Below, piece after piece: positions 48,062 through 57,376 of a stretch of DNA of 64,000 nucleotides (within the stretch, counting starts at the first letter, position 1; every line of letters starts with the position of its first letter). A program made the translations under genes and the position numbers. This DNA comes from Candidatus Sumerlaeaceae bacterium (GTDB taxonomy: Bacteria > Sumerlaeota > Sumerlaeia > Sumerlaeales > Sumerlaeaceae): the NCBI GenBank assembly GCA_051003195.1, contig JBPCLP010000042.1, forward strand, positions 1 to 64,000. Reading direction: 5' to 3'. Under the pieces are notes generated by a model, which saw nothing but the letters and a program-made list of their open reading frames with translations, searched no databases and was not told where the DNA came from.

Positions 48062-49204
48062 GTGAATCCGTTCGCGCCCTGGACCGAGTACTGGATATTT
48101 GGCGCCGTGATGTCTTTCGTCATGGGCATAAACTGGGGTAGCTTCTTCAACGTGTGTATTTACCGTCTGCCTGTGAAGAAGTCCATTGTCCGGCCGGGCT
48201 CACACTGTTACCATTGCGGAACATTTCTGAAGTGGTACGACAATATCCCGCTGATCAGCTACCCGCTGCTCCGGGGTAATTGCCGTTCCTGCGGCACTCA
48301 CTTTAGCGCGCGCTACTTTTTCGTCGAGCTGCTTTCCGGGCTGCTGTTCCTGGGCATTTTCATCGTTTTCGGGATAAACTGGGCGGTCCCGTTTCATTTT
48401 GTTTTTGTTTCGCTGCTGCTGGTGGGAGTGTTTACGGATATCGACCATTTTATCCTGCCGGATGGCATTACTATCGGCGGGCTGGTGTTCGCAATCGCAA
48501 CGGCCGCGGTGCTGGGCAGACACGCCGCCATCGCGCAGGATATTGTGCTTTCTCGGGACATCTACCATTCGTTCTTTTCACCCAACCAGCTTTCGGATAA
48601 CATCGCTCTCACGCGCCCGTTGGTTCTCGTTTGGTCAATTGCAGGTGCTGCTTTTGGATACGCAATGCTGTGGTGTGTGGGGCTGCTTGGCCGCATTATG
48701 TTTCATAAGGAAGCACTCGGCGGCGGAGATATAAAGCTGTTCGCATTTCTGGGCGCGTACCTGGGCGCTATGAATTGCGTCTGGATTCTGTTCTTGTCCA
48801 CGTTCCTCGGCGCGGTCATCGGCCTCACCCTGATTCTTACACACAAACTGCTGCGGAGGGACGAGTACCAGGAGTTGGTCTTGCCGCGCGCAGCAGCCGT
48901 AAAAACGCCGTGGCGAACCGTGGATTTCCGTTCGCGTGCACAGACTCAGCTTGATGCCGTCGCGAGCCTTGGAACGCCATCTCCGCCAGATGAAGGCGTG
49001 CAGCAATCCGACGAACAACGTTCCACCGGCAATGTTTCGGAGCCGGAACAAAGCGCCATTGTCCTGCGGATCGCCCGTCGCACCGTTCGACAAATGCACC
49101 ATATTCCTTATGGTCCCTACATTGCTGTGGCAGCAGTAGTTGTGCTGGTGTGCCACGAATGGATCGACCGGAATGCCCGTGAATTTCTAATGCTGCCGTT
49201 TTAG
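48062..49204 (+). CDS. pilD: Prepilin peptidase (A24A) with a C-terminal hydrophilic insertion
   Basis: GSFFNVCIYRLP, SHCYHC, WYDNIP, CRSC, DIDHFILPD, GGGDIKL, IPYGPYI. Confidence 0.92.
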   Translation: MNPFAPWTEYWIFGAVMSFVMGINWGSFFNVCIYRLPVKKSIVRPGSHCYHCGTFLKWYDNIPLISYPLLRGNCRSCGTHFSARYFFVELLSGLLFLGIFIVFGINWAVPFHFVFVSLLLVGVFTDIDHFILPDGITIGGLVFAIATAAVLGRHAAIAQDIVLSRDIYHSFFSPNQLSDNIALTRPLVLVWSIAGAAFGYAMLWCVGLLGRIMFHKEALGGGDIKLFAFLGAYLGAMNCVWILFLSTFLGAVIGLTLILTHKLLRRDEYQELVLPRAAAVKTPWRTVDFRSRAQTQLDAVASLGTPSPPDEGVQQSDEQRSTGNVSEPEQSAIVLRIARRTVRQMHHIPYGPYIAVAAVVVLVCHEWIDRNAREFLMLPF

Positions 49205-49258
49205 CGACAGCATTCCGGGTTGACGAGGGTAACGTTTGGCTTCTGAATTCCGCGGAAC

Positions 49259-50407
49259 ATGGATGAGATGTTAAGAATGCACTTGGTAGCAGGCTTTACA
49301 ACGGTTTTGCTGGCTCTAGGACTGACGACAACGGTAGCTGCGGCGACCTCTGGCGCGTCTACACTGCCCTTGCGCTCGGAAGCACGCCCTGCAGCCGAAT
49401 TGCGCTCGTGCGGGATAAGTCTGACAAACGAAGCCCTTGTCGCGTTTCTGCAGCGCGGCGTCCCCGACGTTTCCGCATTGCCCGAGGAACCGCAGGAGAA
49501 ATGCCAGCTCATCATCGACGCCATGGCAAAACTGGCCGAGGCAAAAGCAAAAGAAGCGGTTCTAACGCTGCAGCAGATCGCGTCAGTAGACCCACCAGCC
49601 GGTGTTCTCCAGATGCTCGAACACGATCTGGGCCGAACTGCTCCGGAAGGCCGGGAGGAATTCAAAAACCGGGCGTTGAGACTGCTCCAGTATAACGCCG
49701 TGAATGCACTTAGCCTCATTGGCGATAAGAATAGTACACAATTGATTAGGTCGGTCTCAAAATCGGAGACCAATGCGGCCGCGCGTATCCAGTACGCAAT
49801 CTGTCTTGCGAGTCTTGGCGATGCTTCGGGCGTGGGAGACTTAGTTGCAGTGATTCAGCGGGAAAACCGGCGCGAAAGCGCGGCCGCGGCGCGCGCATTC
49901 ATGATAATTACGGGGCAGGATTTCGGATACTCCGAGAATACCCCGTTGCGGGCACGCAAGGCAAGGGCAGCGATGTATAGTCAGTGGTGGCGATCCAACG
50001 CAAAAGACTTCCAGGTGGATGTCGCCGCCATGAATCAGCGCCGGCAGCAGCCTTACACAACTGCCCAGTACCAACCTCGCAACACGCGGGATTTGCTCAA
50101 GCTTGCGTCAAATTACTTCGACTTTGGGAATGCGACAAAAGCCTTGGAAGCTCGAAAGGCGCTGAAGGATTCCGGCACAAGCATCAATGGGGAGCTGGAG
50201 CGTATTGCGCAAGACGCGAACGAAGACCTCAATGTGCGTATGGAGGCGATGAACTGGTACTACGAGTCGAATCGCGCGCAGGCAAAGTCACTAATGAAGC
50301 GTTTGCGGCGGGATGAAAATCCAGAAATCGCGGATAAGGCGAACGTCCTGCTCGAGCAAATTGAGGAAGACCTGAACCCGCCGACTGCGCAACAGGTGAA
50401 CCGCTGA
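49259..50407 (+). CDS. Exported HEAT-repeat protein
   Basis: Signal peptide; helical repeats (AVNALSLIGD, ICLASLGD, ITGQDFGY, VRMEAM). Confidence 0.7.
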   Translation: MDEMLRMHLVAGFTTVLLALGLTTTVAAATSGASTLPLRSEARPAAELRSCGISLTNEALVAFLQRGVPDVSALPEEPQEKCQLIIDAMAKLAEAKAKEAVLTLQQIASVDPPAGVLQMLEHDLGRTAPEGREEFKNRALRLLQYNAVNALSLIGDKNSTQLIRSVSKSETNAAARIQYAICLASLGDASGVGDLVAVIQRENRRESAAAARAFMIITGQDFGYSENTPLRARKARAAMYSQWWRSNAKDFQVDVAAMNQRRQQPYTTAQYQPRNTRDLLKLASNYFDFGNATKALEARKALKDSGTSINGELERIAQDANEDLNVRMEAMNWYYESNRAQAKSLMKRLRRDENPEIADKANVLLEQIEEDLNPPTAQQVNR

Positions 50408-50411
50408 GCTG

Positions 50412-51884
50412 ATGTCGGCGCCGTCGCGAGCCGCCGACACAGGGGCGGAATGGATGCAGGGTGGCCGCGTAGCGGCGGTGGCAATTTTGACTGGCGCAGT
50501 ATGCCTTTCCGCCATGCTTTTGTTCAGTGCCTTAAGCGGCGCACCTGTCCTGCTTGGCAGCTTATTGGGCTTGCTGGTCGTTATGGGCGTAATCGCCGCG
50601 CTTGCGCGACCGCGGTGGGTTTTTCTTGGTTTCGTCGTTGCCTGCATGTCGGTCCCATTTGTCCTGGAACGGGTTCACATACCGCTCGGCTTTATGAAAC
50701 TGTACATCCAGGATGTAGTGTTTTTCTGGAATCTGCTGGTCTGCGGCGTGCGCTGGACTCTGGGCAAACGGACATACAAGCCACTGCCGTTTAATCGCTA
50801 CCTCGTGCTGCATTTCCTGCTCGGTCTATGGGCACTGATCGTGGGGTTCGCCTTTTCGCACAACGAGTTCGACGAAGTTTTTGGCGACTTTCGACGCTCG
50901 TACTTTTATTTCATGAACTACTTTATCGCGATACTGCTGGTGGATGGTCTGAAAGACGCGCGTTATCTGCGCGATGCGCTGCTGGTCGGCGCGGCGGCTG
51001 CCATCCTCAAGGGGCTGTACGAAATTGGGGCAGGACAGTTTGTCTACCGGCGCATCGGCGATGCTGCCCACGTGCTCACGCATTTTGAAATCACGTTCCT
51101 GATGTTCATCATCTATTACGGATTGGCAAAACTCGTCTTTGCCAGCGGCGAAAGGATGTGGCTGTGGGCTGTGCCGGTGGCGCTGGGTGTCATTGTGGTG
51201 GCGGTTGGAAATTTCCGCGCATGCTGGCTTGCGCTAATCGCCGGACTGATGGTGATGGTGTGGTTTCTTCCACAGCGCCAGCGCTGGCTCCTCATGCTGG
51301 TCGGCGTTTTAGGAGCGGGGTTCCTGGCGCTGTCAATTGCAACGCTCTGGGATGTGCAGATCACCGAAGGCCACAGTACGATCGGCCAGGAAATATTGGC
51401 GAAGACAGATGTCAAAGCAGCTGGAAGCGACGTGAATGTGATTTGGCGTTTCGAATCCTACGCGAATGCATTGAAGCAGTGGCAGCGCTCACCTGTCATT
51501 GGGACGGGACTGGGCGAGGTGCTGGAGTTTTCTGCAACCACGTCTACCGGCGGCGCAATGCTTGCAGAGGGTCACCGGGTTCATAACTCGTTTCTGTGGC
51601 TTCTGATGTCGCTGGGTGCAGTGGGATTTGCCATGTTCCTGTTCATTCAATCGCGTTTTGTGCTCCTCATAATGCGTTACCTGCGCGCCTCGACCTGGCA
51701 GGAAGGCCGGATTACGGTGCTGGCTTGCGGAGCATTTTATGTTTCGATCATGGTCGCTGCTTGTTTTGAAATCTTTCTGGAGAGTGCCATGCCGATCACG
51801 GTACTCAGCAGTTCAATGGCGCTGGCAATGCTGATGATATACTATACGCCTATGGAAGCGACCGAATCGCGTCCAGCTCCCTGA
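50412..51884 (+). CDS. O-antigen ligase (Wzy_C) family membrane protein
   Basis: Many TM segments; RACW, WRFESY, P..GTGLG, HNSFL...LGAVG. Confidence 0.85.
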   Translation: MSAPSRAADTGAEWMQGGRVAAVAILTGAVCLSAMLLFSALSGAPVLLGSLLGLLVVMGVIAALARPRWVFLGFVVACMSVPFVLERVHIPLGFMKLYIQDVVFFWNLLVCGVRWTLGKRTYKPLPFNRYLVLHFLLGLWALIVGFAFSHNEFDEVFGDFRRSYFYFMNYFIAILLVDGLKDARYLRDALLVGAAAAILKGLYEIGAGQFVYRRIGDAAHVLTHFEITFLMFIIYYGLAKLVFASGERMWLWAVPVALGVIVVAVGNFRACWLALIAGLMVMVWFLPQRQRWLLMLVGVLGAGFLALSIATLWDVQITEGHSTIGQEILAKTDVKAAGSDVNVIWRFESYANALKQWQRSPVIGTGLGEVLEFSATTSTGGAMLAEGHRVHNSFLWLLMSLGAVGFAMFLFIQSRFVLLIMRYLRASTWQEGRITVLACGAFYVSIMVAACFEIFLESAMPITVLSSSMALAMLMIYYTPMEATESRPAP

Positions 51885-52902
51885 GAAGTATTTCCAGCTC
51901 ATTGCGCGTCCCGACGGTGATGCGAATCCCATCTGCCAATGCCGGCGTATTGAAGTACCGGACAAGCACTTTGCGGGCCTTAAGTTGTGAGTATAAATCC
52001 GCAGCAGCTGAATCCCGCGCAAATAGGAAATTTCCATGGGATAGCGGAACGGTAAAGCCTCGGTTGAGCAATTCCTGCCGGAGGCAATCACGGTCCGTCC
52101 GGATTCGCTTCGTCATTTCAGCATAGTAAGCGGTCGCCTGCCATGCCGCGAGCGCCGCGCTTTGCGAAACGCGGTTAACGTTGTACGAATCCCGGATCTT
52201 ATTTAGCTGTTCGATGATCTGCTCACTGGCCAGCACAAAGCCTACGCGAAGACCTGCGAGTGAATAGCTCTTCGAAAAGGTACGTGTGATTACCAGGTTC
52301 TCGTATTGGCGCAACAGCTCAACCGCACTGCCGGGCGCGAAATCGACGTAGGCCTCGTCAACGACGATCAAGCGGCTGCTGCGGAAGTCAGCAAGCGCAC
52401 GAATCTGCTCAGTCGTGTACCAGGTACCAATCGGAGGATTGGGATTCGGGAGAAAGAACAGTTTCACATCCGAAGAAATTGCTGCCGTCGGAAGCGCATA
52501 ATCGGGGCCGGTCAAATCGAACACGGAGGCCGGTACGCCAAACATCGCCGCCAGCGTTTCATAAAGTACGTAGGTCGGGTTCAACATGCCGATAGAGTCT
52601 CCGGCTGCGGCGTCCAGAAACGCATGGCAAAGCAGGCGAAGCACTTCGTCCGAACCGTTTCCAATCAATACGTTCGAAGGCGCAAGCCCGAGGTCGGCGG
52701 CAATGGTCGTTCGCAAATCTGTGCTGAGAGGATCCGGGTATTTATTATAAGACGCCGTGCTTGCCACGGATTCGAGCACTTCCGGCGCCGGTGGATACGG
52801 GCTCTCGTTCGTATTGAGCTTAACGAAACCTGGTTCGCGCGGCTGTTCACCCGGTACGTAGGCATGCAGTTCAGCGACGGCGGGATTAACTGCAATTTTC
52901 AT
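51850..52902 (-). CDS. hisC: Histidinol-phosphate aminotransferase
   Basis: YVPGEQP, KLNTNESPY, GNGSDE, NPNPPIG, DEAYVDF, RTFSKSYSLAGLRVG. Confidence 0.95.
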   Translation of the reverse strand: MKIAVNPAVAELHAYVPGEQPREPGFVKLNTNESPYPPAPEVLESVASTASYNKYPDPLSTDLRTTIAADLGLAPSNVLIGNGSDEVLRLLCHAFLDAAAGDSIGMLNPTYVLYETLAAMFGVPASVFDLTGPDYALPTAAISSDVKLFFLPNPNPPIGTWYTTEQIRALADFRSSRLIVVDEAYVDFAPGSAVELLRQYENLVITRTFSKSYSLAGLRVGFVLASEQIIEQLNKIRDSYNVNRVSQSAALAAWQATAYYAEMTKRIRTDRDCLRQELLNRGFTVPLSHGNFLFARDSAAADLYSQLKARKVLVRYFNTPALADGIRITVGTRNELEILLRELDAIRSLP

Positions 52903-53006
52903 CCTGCCGATGCAATGGCGGCGCAACTCGGTGTAAACAGCAATCTACTTTCCCGCGCGGCGAAAAAGATTGCCACGCTTTCCTAGCCAGCGGGTATAGC
53001 AGCGCA

Positions 53007-56000
53007 ATGAGTTCATCCGAATCGCCAATCCGCCGGCCGGGCGTCGGAACGCTCATTGTGCTGGTTATCATATTCCTGGGCACTGGCGCCAGTGGACTCA
53101 TTTACCAGGTCGTCTGGCAGCGCTATCTGCTCAACATATTTGGGGCAACACTCTACTCCGTGAGCACGGTGTTATCAGCGTTCATGGGCGGGCTGGCGCT
53201 GGGCAGTTGGTTGTTTGGAAGCCGTGCCGCGAAATTCAGACGCCACCTCAAAGTCTATGCAGTACTGGAAATTCTAATCGGTGTTTCGGCGCTGCTGATT
53301 CCACTTTTCCTCAAGTTCCTGGACCCGCTTTTCGTGCATGCATACCGGAACTTTGGCTCTGCATTTTACCTCTACTCAGGCGTCCGTTTCCTTTATATTT
53401 TCCTCATTCTTCTTATCCCGACCACACTAATGGGAGCAACCTTGCCTGTGCTGTCTCAGTTTGTATCGCCGACAGGTGCACTTGGGCCAGGGTTACGCGT
53501 TGGATTGCTCTACACCGTGAACACGCTTGGCGCGATGCTGGGTGCATTTCTCAGCGGCTTCTATTTTATACGCTGGTGGGGTGTCAGCTCGACGGTCTAT
53601 GTGGCAGCAGGTATAAATGTCGCAGCGGGAATCCTCGCATTATTGCTTAGCCGAAACTTCGGTGTGCTTGGGACGCTTGAAGGCGACAAGATTATCACGA
53701 ACACCGAGAAGGTGCGTCGAGCCAAAGTACCAAAACTGGTTGGTGCGCCCGCCGCTCCGGCGCCGGTTGCATGGATCTACATTGCCTACTTTATCTCGGG
53801 GCTCGTCGCCTTGGGCCTGGAGGTCACCTGGTCGCGCGCGCTGGTGTTCACATTCGACGCACTGAAGAACACGACCTACGCATTTACTGCAATGCTGACA
53901 ACTTTCCTGGCTGGACTCGCCCTGGGAAGCGCGGCGATCACGCCCTTTGCCAATCGTTTGCGCCATCCATTTCGCACTTTTGCGATGCTTCAGATACTCG
54001 TTGGGCTCTTGTCCGTCTTTTCCTTTTTTTTGCTCTACTACCTGGCGTATAATATCGGCGAGAACTGGATACGGCAGTTCGACAATCATCCCGGGCAAAT
54101 TCGGTGGAATGCCGCCGTGACCCTTGTGTTTTTACGCACTGCTTTTGTCCTTTTTATTCCGACCTTTTGTATGGGGCTGGCGTTTCCAGTGGCAGTCCGC
54201 GCGGTTACCATCGGCGCCGGTGAGGTAGGCAGCCGTATCGGGCGCCTGTATTCGCTCAATACAATTGGCGCAATTATTGGCGCTGCAGCGACGGGATTCC
54301 TGCTGCTTCCGTCACTTGGAATCGCTAAGACGATCCTGCTGCTGAGTTTTCTCCAGATGCTGACCGGCGTTGCACTGACACTGCGCGACCCGGATTCCTC
54401 TATTGCCCGCAGAACTGTCTGGTCTGTGCTGGCGTTGCTTACTGCTCTTATCGGCTGGGTGCGGCTGCCTCGCCCTGCGATCTTCCAGGAAATGACTACC
54501 ACCGAGCGCATGGTACAGTACAAGGAAGGTCCGCTGGCAACCGTTTCGGTACTGGAAAACAGCATTGGCTACCGCACTATTTACGTAGATAATGTCGGTG
54601 TCGCCGGTACGGAACCAATGCTGCTGACTGACCAGAAAAGCCTCGCCCATGTTCCCATGTTGTTTCTTAAAAAGCCGCGCAACGCACTTACGGTTGGGTT
54701 CGGCAGCGGCGGTGCGAGTTACTCCTACACGCTCTACCCGGAACTCGAGCACATTGACTGTGTTGAGATCACCAGGACCGTCCCGCAGGTCGCGCCCTAT
54801 CTCAAGGACTCCAACAGAGGCGTAATCGACAATCTTGCATTGAAGGATCCCCTTGCAGTTGAGTATGCGCCGCGGCTTACGACCAGTTCGTCGGAACGGA
54901 AAACTTACCCGATATGGGAGAACGAGACCAGCGGCCGCTGGGTTAAATCCGATCCCCGTTTCCAGCTTATCCTGGACGACGCACGCAGCTATCTTCGTTT
55001 CACAGATCGGCGCTACGACGTAATCGCAACTGACTGCACGGACCTGCGCTACAAGTCCAACGCGAATCTCTATGATCGCGAGTACTTTCTGCTGACGCGC
55101 GACCGTATTACTGAAGATGGGATCGTGGTTGTCTGGATGCCGCTGGCAGGGCTCTCAAGCGAGGCCATGAAGGTCGCTCTGCGCACGTTCTATGCGGTCT
55201 TCCCGAACATGGAAGTGTTCTTCATGAACAATCAGCCGACCCACTACGTGCTGCTCATCGGAACCAAGGCGCCGCTGGAAGTTGATGTCGCCACCATGGA
55301 GCAGAGATTGGCCCGGCCTGAAGTGGCCGCCGACCTGGGTGAAGTCCAGCTCGCTAATTCACAAAAGATCCTGTCATGTTTTGTGACAGGGCGTAAGCGA
55401 ATGCAAGAGTATCTGGGCAAAGACAGCCAGGTGCTAAACACTGAAGATTTCCCCTACCTGGAGTTCGAATCGCCCCGATATGGCTATGGTGACGATCCCC
55501 TGCTCGACAATCTGGACGAACTGATGGCGTATCGGGAATTGCCGGATAGACTTGTCGCTGAACCAGGGAAGCACGCGGAGTTTTTGGCCGGCCTCAAGAA
55601 GTACGAGAGCGCAGTGCAAGATATCTTAAATGCGCATAGGCAATACCGCCAGATGCACATTTTGGAATCCGCCAAAACATACATTGCAGCTCTTCGAAAA
55701 AACCCCGATGATCAATCCGTACAGCACCTGCTTACCTTCGACGAACTTCGTCGTAAAGCCAATGCTGAAGGGCAAACATATCCTGCACGCTTGTGGTCGC
55801 GATACATGCTTGGACAGGTGTTCGCGTTGCAGAAGAAGGAATCGGAAGCCGTAACGGAACTCACTGCATTCATTAAGAGTCCGTTGCCCGAAAACCCCGT
55901 AGACGCAGCACGTATCCAGCAGTATGCACGGCGTGCACTCAACACCTTGGCGGACATTTACCTGCGACGGGGCGACATGGAGAAAGCCGGTAATTTTCGC

Positions 56001-56051
56001 CACCAGGCCGCTATGATGCCCGATCAACCGCAGCTCATCGAGGCGCCGTGA
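53007..56051 (+). CDS. Fused membrane domain / spermidine-synthase-like methyltransferase with a C-terminal TPR-like region
   Basis: GLIYQVVW, PTTLMGATLP, LYTVNTLG, VGFGSGG, VEI, DDARSYL, YDVI. Confidence 0.85.
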   Translation: MSSSESPIRRPGVGTLIVLVIIFLGTGASGLIYQVVWQRYLLNIFGATLYSVSTVLSAFMGGLALGSWLFGSRAAKFRRHLKVYAVLEILIGVSALLIPLFLKFLDPLFVHAYRNFGSAFYLYSGVRFLYIFLILLIPTTLMGATLPVLSQFVSPTGALGPGLRVGLLYTVNTLGAMLGAFLSGFYFIRWWGVSSTVYVAAGINVAAGILALLLSRNFGVLGTLEGDKIITNTEKVRRAKVPKLVGAPAAPAPVAWIYIAYFISGLVALGLEVTWSRALVFTFDALKNTTYAFTAMLTTFLAGLALGSAAITPFANRLRHPFRTFAMLQILVGLLSVFSFFLLYYLAYNIGENWIRQFDNHPGQIRWNAAVTLVFLRTAFVLFIPTFCMGLAFPVAVRAVTIGAGEVGSRIGRLYSLNTIGAIIGAAATGFLLLPSLGIAKTILLLSFLQMLTGVALTLRDPDSSIARRTVWSVLALLTALIGWVRLPRPAIFQEMTTTERMVQYKEGPLATVSVLENSIGYRTIYVDNVGVAGTEPMLLTDQKSLAHVPMLFLKKPRNALTVGFGSGGASYSYTLYPELEHIDCVEITRTVPQVAPYLKDSNRGVIDNLALKDPLAVEYAPRLTTSSSERKTYPIWENETSGRWVKSDPRFQLILDDARSYLRFTDRRYDVIATDCTDLRYKSNANLYDREYFLLTRDRITEDGIVVVWMPLAGLSSEAMKVALRTFYAVFPNMEVFFMNNQPTHYVLLIGTKAPLEVDVATMEQRLARPEVAADLGEVQLANSQKILSCFVTGRKRMQEYLGKDSQVLNTEDFPYLEFESPRYGYGDDPLLDNLDELMAYRELPDRLVAEPGKHAEFLAGLKKYESAVQDILNAHRQYRQMHILESAKTYIAALRKNPDDQSVQHLLTFDELRRKANAEGQTYPARLWSRYMLGQVFALQKKESEAVTELTAFIKSPLPENPVDAARIQQYARRALNTLADIYLRRGDMEKAGNFRHQAAMMPDQPQLIEAP

Positions 56052-57208
56052 CCAGGTGGCGCATCCTCGCCTTCTGCGCGTTAATCTTCTACGGTGTCAC
56101 TGTTGGGGCACAGGTTCGATCACAGAACATGGCCGACGGCCAGAATGCCATGATTCTCCTGGATGCACACCAGGACTGCCTGAGGCGTGTTCTAGACAGA
56201 CAGGATGACCTCGCGCAGAACTACGGAATTGAACAGGGTAACATTCCGCTTTGGCGTAAAGGCGGGTTTAATGCGATCTGGATGTCTGTCTGGGTAGACC
56301 CACGCCGCTACAAAGGATCCGGCGCGGTGGAACGGGCGGAGCAGTTGATCCGTGCTTATTCGAAGCAGATGAGTTTGCACAGCAACGAACTGGCGCCTTG
56401 CCAAACGGCCTCGGAAGTTCGCGCGGCAGTCCAACAGGGCAAAATCGCGACAATGCTCGGCGTGGAGGGCGGCGTCGCGATAAACAATGACCTGTCGCTG
56501 ATTTCGCACTACCGCCAATTAGGTGTTCGTTATATGACACTCACCTGGCGAGGAAATCTGGCTTGGGCCGGGTCTTCGCAATCCGACAATCCCGCCCAGG
56601 GACTAACGGGTTTTGGACGCGAGGTCGTCCGTGAAATGAACCGGGTGGGAATCATCCTGGATCTTGCTCACGTATCCGACCGAACCTTTTACGATGCGAT
56701 AGACGAAACATCACGGCCGGTCATCGTATCACATTCCAATGCCCGGCTGCTGTCGCCCAGTCCCCGAAACGTAAGCGATGCCATGCTGGTCCGGTTGCGG
56801 GATAACGGGGGCGTAGTAGGCGTTAATTTCTCGGGCGACTTTCTGAAAAGGTCCGAGTCCGGAGAGCTGAAACTGCGCGTCGGACCGCCTACAATTGACA
56901 CCGTCGTGGAGCAGATTGACCATATTGTGCAGGTCGCCGGGATAGATCATGTCGGTATAGGCAGCGATTATGACGGCGGCATTCGTCCCGCGCGCGGCCT
57001 GGAAACCGCAGCCGACGCCCCTAAACTGATTTCAGCATTGCGTCAGCATGGCTACACGGATGCCGGCATACGCAAAATTGCAGGTGAGAACTTTTTACGG
57101 GTTCTGCAGGCCAATGATGTTCAGCGGGAACCCGCGAAGACAGGCGTACGCTATTTATCTCCAGCAGAGAAGAATGTGCAGCCGGAGTCCGCGGATTATC
57201 GCATGTAG
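56048..57208 (+). CDS. Exported membrane dipeptidase (M19)
   Basis: DAHQD, GVEG, LTW, EMNRVG..DLAH, SHSN, RNVSD, GIGSDYDG, GENFLRV. Confidence 0.92.
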   Translation: MTRWRILAFCALIFYGVTVGAQVRSQNMADGQNAMILLDAHQDCLRRVLDRQDDLAQNYGIEQGNIPLWRKGGFNAIWMSVWVDPRRYKGSGAVERAEQLIRAYSKQMSLHSNELAPCQTASEVRAAVQQGKIATMLGVEGGVAINNDLSLISHYRQLGVRYMTLTWRGNLAWAGSSQSDNPAQGLTGFGREVVREMNRVGIILDLAHVSDRTFYDAIDETSRPVIVSHSNARLLSPSPRNVSDAMLVRLRDNGGVVGVNFSGDFLKRSESGELKLRVGPPTIDTVVEQIDHIVQVAGIDHVGIGSDYDGGIRPARGLETAADAPKLISALRQHGYTDAGIRKIAGENFLRVLQANDVQREPAKTGVRYLSPAEKNVQPESADYRM

Positions 57209-57376
57209 TAAACGTACTCTGGTATAGCTGGACCAGACTTTGCTCGCGGTTGGTGCTGTGCATCACCGGGCAGACTTGACAAGCACCGGGCGCGTGAAAC
57301 CGTCCGTGAGAACATTAGTACAATTTCCGCGTGCAGCGGCGGACCGGGGCCCCTGCTGGATGCATGGACGGGATGA

